Origin: Azolla caroliniana
Taxonomy: Eukaryota; Plantae; Polypodiophyta
Assembly (NCBI GenBank): GCA_043228905.1
Contig: JBHGNT010000744.1
Span: forward strand, 1 to 16,485
DNA length: 16,485 nucleotides
Direction of reading: 5' to 3'
Part shown: one piece after another, positions 11,382-16,485 of the stretch
How the letters are laid out: every line of letters begins with the position of its first letter
Numbering within the stretch: the stretch's first letter is position 1
The notes under the pieces: model-generated
Told to the model about the DNA's origin: nothing
Databases searched by the model: none
The model's input: only the letters and a program-made list of their open reading frames with translations
Made by a program: the position numbers and the translations under genes

Positions 11382-11603
11382 GATCGGTCATCAGGCAAGC
11401 TTGACCTGGACCAAATCGACGTAATGTATGAATGATGATACATATTACAGACTCTAATCAGTTGGTGCTACTCTTTGCCTGGCCATGTTATGGATCGATC
11501 ATCGGGCAGCCTGACCTGGACCCAATGTACGTAATGTATGAATGATACATATTTACAGGCTCTAATTAGTTGGTGCTACTGTTGTCCGCCTCGCCATGTT
11601 ATG
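11382..11603. repeat. Tandem duplication, two diverged copies of a 111-bp unit
   Basis: Copy 1 (11382-11492) and copy 2 (11493-11603) share gatc..tcatc.ggca, tgacctggacc.aat, acgtaatgtatgaatgat, acatatt..acag.ctctaat.agttggtgctact and gccatgttatg. Confidence 0.93.
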
Positions 11604-11687
11604 GAGGCCATATCTAGATATCTCTAAAACATTAGCCCTAATTTCACACACAACTAACTCTCTTGTATGTACATATAGTATAGAGTC

Positions 11688-11719
11688 TATAGACTATAGA
11701 CTATAGTCTATAGTCTATA
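11688..11719. repeat. Perfect 32-bp palindrome within a TATAG/CTATA-rich tract (11674-11734)
   Basis: tatagactatagac-tata-gtctatagtctata is its own reverse complement. Confidence 0.93.
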
Positions 11720-11830
11720 CTATATAGTATATAGTTCTTAGGGTCGTCCATGAAGGAAAATGAAGACACAAAATAATACCTTCTCCAATCAATCATAATT
11801 AAAAACAGAGGGTTCTCAGAAAAGCTCGGA

Positions 11831-11839
11831 AAACCCTAA
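11831..11839 (+). promoter_or_regulatory. Telobox AAACCCTAA in proximal promoter/5' UTR
   Basis: Exact motif 66 nt upstream of ATG 11897. Teloboxes are typical of plant translation and ribosome-biogenesis genes. Confidence 0.65.
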
Positions 11840-11896
11840 CCGAACACACAGAAAAAACGCAGAAAGACAAAGCTTTGTCAGAGACGGTCTGCAGCC

Positions 11897-12485
11897 ATGG
11901 CTAAAGGCAAGTTCAAGCTCAAGCTTCTGGAGAAGAAGAAGGACAAGAAGAAGAACGCTCCGAAATCTATGCTTGTTGATTGTGGTGATGGCCTTCTTCA
12001 CCATACCTCGGAGGACGAGCTCCAACCTGAAGGTGCGCGCGCTTGTTTCCTCTGTTTTTTCTTTGTTTTCTTGTTTGTCTTGTGTCAGTCGCTAAAGGAA
12101 AAATTATCGCATCGTTTTGATCGATTCTCACCTCGGATACGTGGTTCCTTTTTCTTTGCTCACAGAAATGGATACCTCTGAAGCCCCAAAATTATCCATA
12201 AACAGAATCCCAATCAATCAGAGGTTTTCTATTGCTACCTTTCTTAGAAACGAAAATTCGACCTTTTTTTATAGATAAACTGAGGAATGTGAGATGAACT
12301 GATATAATACTCTCTGCATTTTCAGTGGTGTGAAGAAGAAACGTGGTCAAGAAAGGAGATTGCAAAGGCTTCGGAAAGAAAAAGCTATTGAGAAAGCTTT
12401 GTCTATGAATGAGAAGCAACAAACAAAGTCGCAAAAATCTCAACTCAAGTCGGATCGAGTTCAGTCCCTGAAAAGTCTGTATTAA
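11897..12485 (+). CDS. Small lysine/arginine-rich protein (117 aa, 3 exons), putative nucleolar, Alb1/Ecm1-like pre-60S factor
   Basis: Good start context gccATGG. Exons 11897-12032, 12166-12223, 12326-12485 (354 nt, GT-AG). Protein: MAKGKFKLKLLEKKKDKKKNAPKSMLVD...ELQPEEMDTSEAPKLSINRIPINQSGVKKKRGQERRLQRLRKEKAIEKALSMNEKQQTKSQKSQLKSDRVQSLKSLY*. The gene structure is solid and the family assignment is inference from recalled similarity. Confidence 0.85.
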
Positions 12486-13343
12486 ATCATCGTGTATTCT
12501 AGTTTCTTCGTAGATCATATGAATACCAAGGTTTCATGCAGAAGATCAGTTTTTGGGAAAACATTCAATGTGAAGAAGGAAAAAAACTTGATGAAACCAC
12601 ATGAGATTACTATTTTTTCATCATTTTTTTTCAAATTCCAATGTATCCATGGATATGGTAGATATAAGAAGAAGCGTTTGAAAGAGTCATGGACTTGCCA
12701 TTTCTTACAAAACGAAATCTTGATGGATGAAACAAATAAAACTGTTTTTTTACGAGATTGACACAAATCTCTGCATATTTTGTGCTGTTAAGCCTCACTA
12801 AATGCTCTCACCAAGTTTCTATATTCTCACTCACACCTGTTGTGTTTTTTCTGGTCACTTTAGATTAAATATCTTTTGGGATTTATATCAACTTGAACAT
12901 GGAGAAACTCATCGTTGATTTGTCAAATAAGTCTCTGTTACTGGACATTGACCAGCAGCAGCATTTGTGGAGATAGTGAAAATGGTCAATTAATAATTTA
13001 GACATTTGGGATGTTGTCCTTAGTTCATGGGTCTTTGTCATTAGAAAATATGGAAGCCCATCCCACACATGAAAATATGAATCTCAGTTCAATGTTTTTA
13101 TTGATGTTTTTTATCATGCAGAAAATTCATATGACAGAATGTTATGCTTGCAAATACATGAAAACCTAAACCTGACTTTTTGTTGCATGTTTTTGACAAG
13201 CAAACTGCAATTTCATTTGGCAAAGTTTTTTATTTGCAATGTGTTTTGACAAGCAAATTGAGCTTGCAATAGCTTTGCAAAGAGGCATCGAGAAACTTGC
13301 ATTCTTCCTTTTGCATTGGATTTTTATTTTCAACTATTATTGA

Positions 13344-16274
13344 CTATCCGACAGCAAATGTGTTAGACAGAGCAACATATGCCATAGAGTCTGTGTCATT
13401 CAACTCTATTGTGTGTTTGAAAGCTTGCCTTCCTAGTGTAGCATTTCCAGACTTCTCACATGCACCCAATGTAGCATGCCACATAGGTAGGCATGGATGC
13501 TTTGGCATATTTTCAATAACTCTAATTGCTTCACTTATTCGTCCTGCACGCAAAAGTAAATCAACAATGCAAGTGTAATGCTCCGGAGTTGGGTTGAGGA
13601 TATGATTGCTATTTATAGAAATGAAGAGCATATAGCCATCCTCTGGAAGGCCTGCATGACTGCATACATTTAGAACACTGAAAAAAGTAAACGAATCAGG
13701 GTGTACAGCTTCTCTTATCATGTTTTCAAATGTAACAAAAACGTTTACACAGTCACCAAGTTGAGAATAGCATGTGATTACAGCATTCCACGAGACTACA
13801 TCTTTCAAAACAAGTTGGTTGAAAGCTTGTGTTGCTTCTTTTGGCAAGCCACATTTAGCATACATATCAACCAAAGAGTTCCCAATTGCAAGTTCTCTTT
13901 CAAACCCCATCTTAACAATGTCAGAATGCATTTTTAAGCCAGCGCCTGATGTGCATATGCTTCCACAAGCAGACAAACCGCACACAAATGTGATAGCATC
14001 AATGGGTATACCTTCACGCTTCATATATCGGAAACACCTAATTGCATCTTCATAACATCCATTGTCCATGTGTCCTTTGATTATTGCGGTCCATGATACA
14101 TGATCTTGTGCAATAACTCCATCAAGCAGTTTATATGCATCAACAAGCAAGCCCTGCTTAACATAACTCGTGACCAATGTGCTACGTATGGAAGGATCAT
14201 TTGCGGGTACACCTCTTTTGATGATATCGCCATGTATTTCCCGGCTTTTGTCAATGGTTGCAATAGTAGTGCATGCTTTCAAGCTGCAAATCCATATTAC
14301 AGAATTTAACAAATTTGTTTCATATCGGATTTGATCATATGAATGAAGTGCGTCTTCACAATAACCACATTCCACCTGTGCTGCAATCAATGCAGTCCAA
14401 GAGACTGCTGTCTTCATAGGAAGCTTTTTAAGTATACCAATTGCTTCAAGAAGGCATCCACAACCAGCATACATACTTACCAAGGCGTTCCCTATTACAA
14501 GTTCTCGATCCAACCCTCTCTTGAAAATGTCAGTATGTAATTCTTGACCTTTAATCTTGTATTGTATACTGCCGCAAACATTCAAAGTATAAAGAAAAGT
14601 GATATCATCTGGCAAGAAACCTTGATATTGCATCGCTGCAAAACAAGCGAGAGCTTCACTAGCATGTGCAGATTCAACATACCCTGCAATCAGTACATTC
14701 CACAACATAACTGTCTGGTCTCGGAAATTATCAAACAATGCACGAGCTTCTATAAGTAATCCAGATCTGGCATACATTTGTACTAGAGAAGTGATGCTAT
14801 CAGTTTCTGACAAACCCCGGCCCACAATCTCAGCGTGCAATGTCTGTCCTACAACTAGCATTTGTAGGTTAGTGCAAGCTTTAAGGCAACAAACAAATGC
14901 AGTAGAATCAAGAGTTATGCCTCCTTGTTGCATCTTCTGAAGACATTCCATCACTTCTTGGTCAAACCCATGCTCACTGTATCCGGATATAAGGACAGTC
15001 CACGAGACTACTGTTGGGGAAGAAAGCTTATCAAAGACATATTCTGCTTCAGTAAGCAGGCCACATTTACTATACATATCAATCAATGAATTATCAACCA
15101 AGATCCCTCCAGCTATTCCTCTTTTTGTAATTTCAGCATGTATTTCCTGCCCATCAACAGAGCTTCCAATGCAGCTACATGCTTTCATGATGCTAATGAA
15201 GGTAGAAATATGAGGAAAAAAACCCCCATTTTGCATCATTTTGAAGTAGTGAAGAGCTTCATTGCCATATCCATGGTCAGTATAGCCTGCAATAAGGGCA
15301 GTCCACGAGACTTCATTCTGAATAGGAATCTTATTAAACACATATTGTGCTTCCTTGAGGGAATTGCCACATTTAGCATACATATCAATCAAAGCAGTTG
15401 AGATAAAGATATTTCCTTCCAAGAAACCCTTCCTTGTTATCTCGGCATGTATTCTTTTCCCCCTAATGAAAGCTCCAATATTACTTCTACAAGCTTTCAA
15501 AGTGCAAACAAGTGTGATGGCATCTGGTGAGATTCCCCTTTCTTGCATTTGCTCAAACAACTGAAGTGCTTCTTCACTTCGGCCATGCTCGACACATCCA
15601 GAAATTAATGCATTCCATGAGACTATGGTTTGTATACTGAGACTATAAAACACATCTTTAGCTTTTTCAAGGAAACCAAACTTTGCATACATATCAACAA
15701 GTGTAGTACCAATGAAAATATCCTCTTCAAATAACCCAATTCTAGCAATATCTGCATGAATTTGAGACCCTTTTTCTATATCTTGAAGCGAAATGCAAGC
15801 TTTCAATAAGGCCACAAAAGTATACCCACAAGGATAATGTACATGATAATTCTCCTTCATTTTTTGATACAAGCTAAGGGCTTGGATGGGATAGCCATGA
15901 TTTATAAAACCATAGATAAGAGCATTCCATGAACTCTCATCAACATAAAGAAGCCTTTGAAAAGCTTGGTGTGCATACCATATTTTATCAAGTTCAACAA
16001 ATAGTGATATAAGGTACTTACCCACTGATGGATGGGTTTCTAAACCATTGGTGCATATATAGGTATGCAATCGGAGAGATTTCCACAACACTTTCTCATT
16101 TCTGCACATGATCAATATGCTGATAACGTCTTGTATGGAGGAAAACATGCATTTTGGATCCGATTCTGACATTACACTCATACTTCTGCAGCCTCTTTCC
16201 ATCATGTATGTGCATCTAACCCATAGATGCATACATAGGTGTGTCATCCGAGGTCCTTTCTCATTTCTATACAT
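13344..16274 (-). CDS. PLS-class pentatricopeptide repeat protein, E subgroup (E1 plus truncated E2, no DYW), likely organellar RNA-editing specificity factor
   Basis: Intronless ORF of about 2.9 kb with eight P-type motifs (SWNALI, SWNALI, SWTALI, SWTVLI, LWNVLI, SWTALI, SWTAII, SWNAVI), each followed by L (TFVALLKAC-type) and S (ALIDMYAKCG-type) motifs. It ends with S2 PEHYTCIVDLLLRAG, E1 WHATLGAC and E2 start AYVALSNTFAVG*. The first in-frame ATG is at 16274 and an alternative is at 16247. The ORF-track start at 16340 is a TTG. Confidence 0.95.
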   Translation of the reverse strand: MYRNEKGPRMTHLCMHLWVRCTYMMERGCRSMSVMSESDPKCMFSSIQDVISILIMCRNEKVLWKSLRLHTYICTNGLETHPSVGKYLISLFVELDKIWYAHQAFQRLLYVDESSWNALIYGFINHGYPIQALSLYQKMKENYHVHYPCGYTFVALLKACISLQDIEKGSQIHADIARIGLFEEDIFIGTTLVDMYAKFGFLEKAKDVFYSLSIQTIVSWNALISGCVEHGRSEEALQLFEQMQERGISPDAITLVCTLKACRSNIGAFIRGKRIHAEITRKGFLEGNIFISTALIDMYAKCGNSLKEAQYVFNKIPIQNEVSWTALIAGYTDHGYGNEALHYFKMMQNGGFFPHISTFISIMKACSCIGSSVDGQEIHAEITKRGIAGGILVDNSLIDMYSKCGLLTEAEYVFDKLSSPTVVSWTVLISGYSEHGFDQEVMECLQKMQQGGITLDSTAFVCCLKACTNLQMLVVGQTLHAEIVGRGLSETDSITSLVQMYARSGLLIEARALFDNFRDQTVMLWNVLIAGYVESAHASEALACFAAMQYQGFLPDDITFLYTLNVCGSIQYKIKGQELHTDIFKRGLDRELVIGNALVSMYAGCGCLLEAIGILKKLPMKTAVSWTALIAAQVECGYCEDALHSYDQIRYETNLLNSVIWICSLKACTTIATIDKSREIHGDIIKRGVPANDPSIRSTLVTSYVKQGLLVDAYKLLDGVIAQDHVSWTAIIKGHMDNGCYEDAIRCFRYMKREGIPIDAITFVCGLSACGSICTSGAGLKMHSDIVKMGFERELAIGNSLVDMYAKCGLPKEATQAFNQLVLKDVVSWNAVITCYSQLGDCVNVFVTFENMIREAVHPDSFTFFSVLNVCSHAGLPEDGYMLFISINSNHILNPTPEHYTCIVDLLLRAGRISEAIRVIENMPKHPCLPMWHATLGACEKSGNATLGRQAFKHTIELNDTDSMAYVALSNTFAVG

Positions 16275-16420
16275 AATCTGGATGCCAATGATGGCTTCTA
16301 TGAAGGAAAATAAGCCCTTTCTGGTCAGAATCCCACACAATGTTCATAATTCTGCAGCCTCTTTCTTCCATACCCAGATAAAACATCAGATGGGACAGAT
16401 GAATGAGCAATCTTGGACCT
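16091..16420 (-). repeat. Diverged tandem duplication (about 165 bp) of the PPR gene 5' end
   Basis: ctttctcatttct at 16091 and 16256, a..gaggaaaa / atgaaggaaaa and ttctgcagcctcttt occur in both copies. Peptides GPRM...MMERGCRSMSVMSESDPKCMFSSIQ...IMCRNEK versus GPRL...MEERGCRIMNIVWDSDQKG/LFSFIE...IMYRNEK. Confidence 0.88.
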
Positions 16421-16485
16421 CGTGGAAATCTTTTCTTACTGGAGAGTGTGTGATTGTCGTGTTCTCTGTTGTAGTAGGTCATCAT

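Noticed and set aside
11432-11514. Possible C/D-box snoRNA (ATGATGA at 11432, CTGA at 11511)
   Set aside because: No terminal stem, no recognisable rRNA or snRNA guide, the boxes straddle the repeat junction, and box C is not kept in the second copy.
11816-12766. ORFs 11816-12025(-), 12192-12518(-), 12492-12761(+), 12515-12766(-) and the unspliced 94-aa version of 11897-12181
   Set aside because: Antisense, UTR or intron read-through of the spliced 3-exon gene.
13191-13257. 14-bp direct repeat ttttgacaagcaaa (13191 and 13244) in the PPR 3' region
   Set aside because: Only two short copies. Not a CRISPR-like array or a convincing target-site duplication.
13297-15564. Several 60-93 aa ORFs overlapping the PPR gene on either strand
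   Set aside because: Expected shadow ORFs of a long repetitive coding sequence.
1-16485. Idea that the four genes form a functional cluster (translation or RNA metabolism), or that a prokaryote-type system is present
   Set aside because: Eukaryotic neighbours in different compartments with no visible shared regulation. No CRISPR, rRNA, tRNA or intact mobile-element hallmarks were seen.

Overview
AT-rich, gene-dense land-plant nuclear DNA with short spliceosomal introns. The PPR motif style suggests a fern, which is inference. It contains four protein-coding genes. (1) The last 18 exons of GCN1/ILITYHIA (+, 63-4332, 5' part outside the window). (2) A multi-exon uncharacterised gene (+, about 6476-9212) with a C-terminal NTF2/SnoaL (DUF2358)-like domain and an apparently spliced, uORF-rich leader. 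(3) A 3-exon, 117-aa basic protein (+, 11897-12485) with a telobox upstream, possibly an Alb1/Ecm1-like ribosome-biogenesis factor. (4) An intronless PLS-class PPR gene ending in a truncated E domain with no DYW (-, 13344-about 16274). Non-coding structure includes a GC-AG intron, a duplicated in-frame splice donor, a 111-bp tandem duplication, a perfect 32-bp palindrome, a compound microsatellite and a decayed duplicate of the PPR 5' end. I see no convincing evidence of a wholly new multi-gene system. The best leads are the uncharacterised genes and the splicing and duplication oddities. All gene models were assembled by eye.
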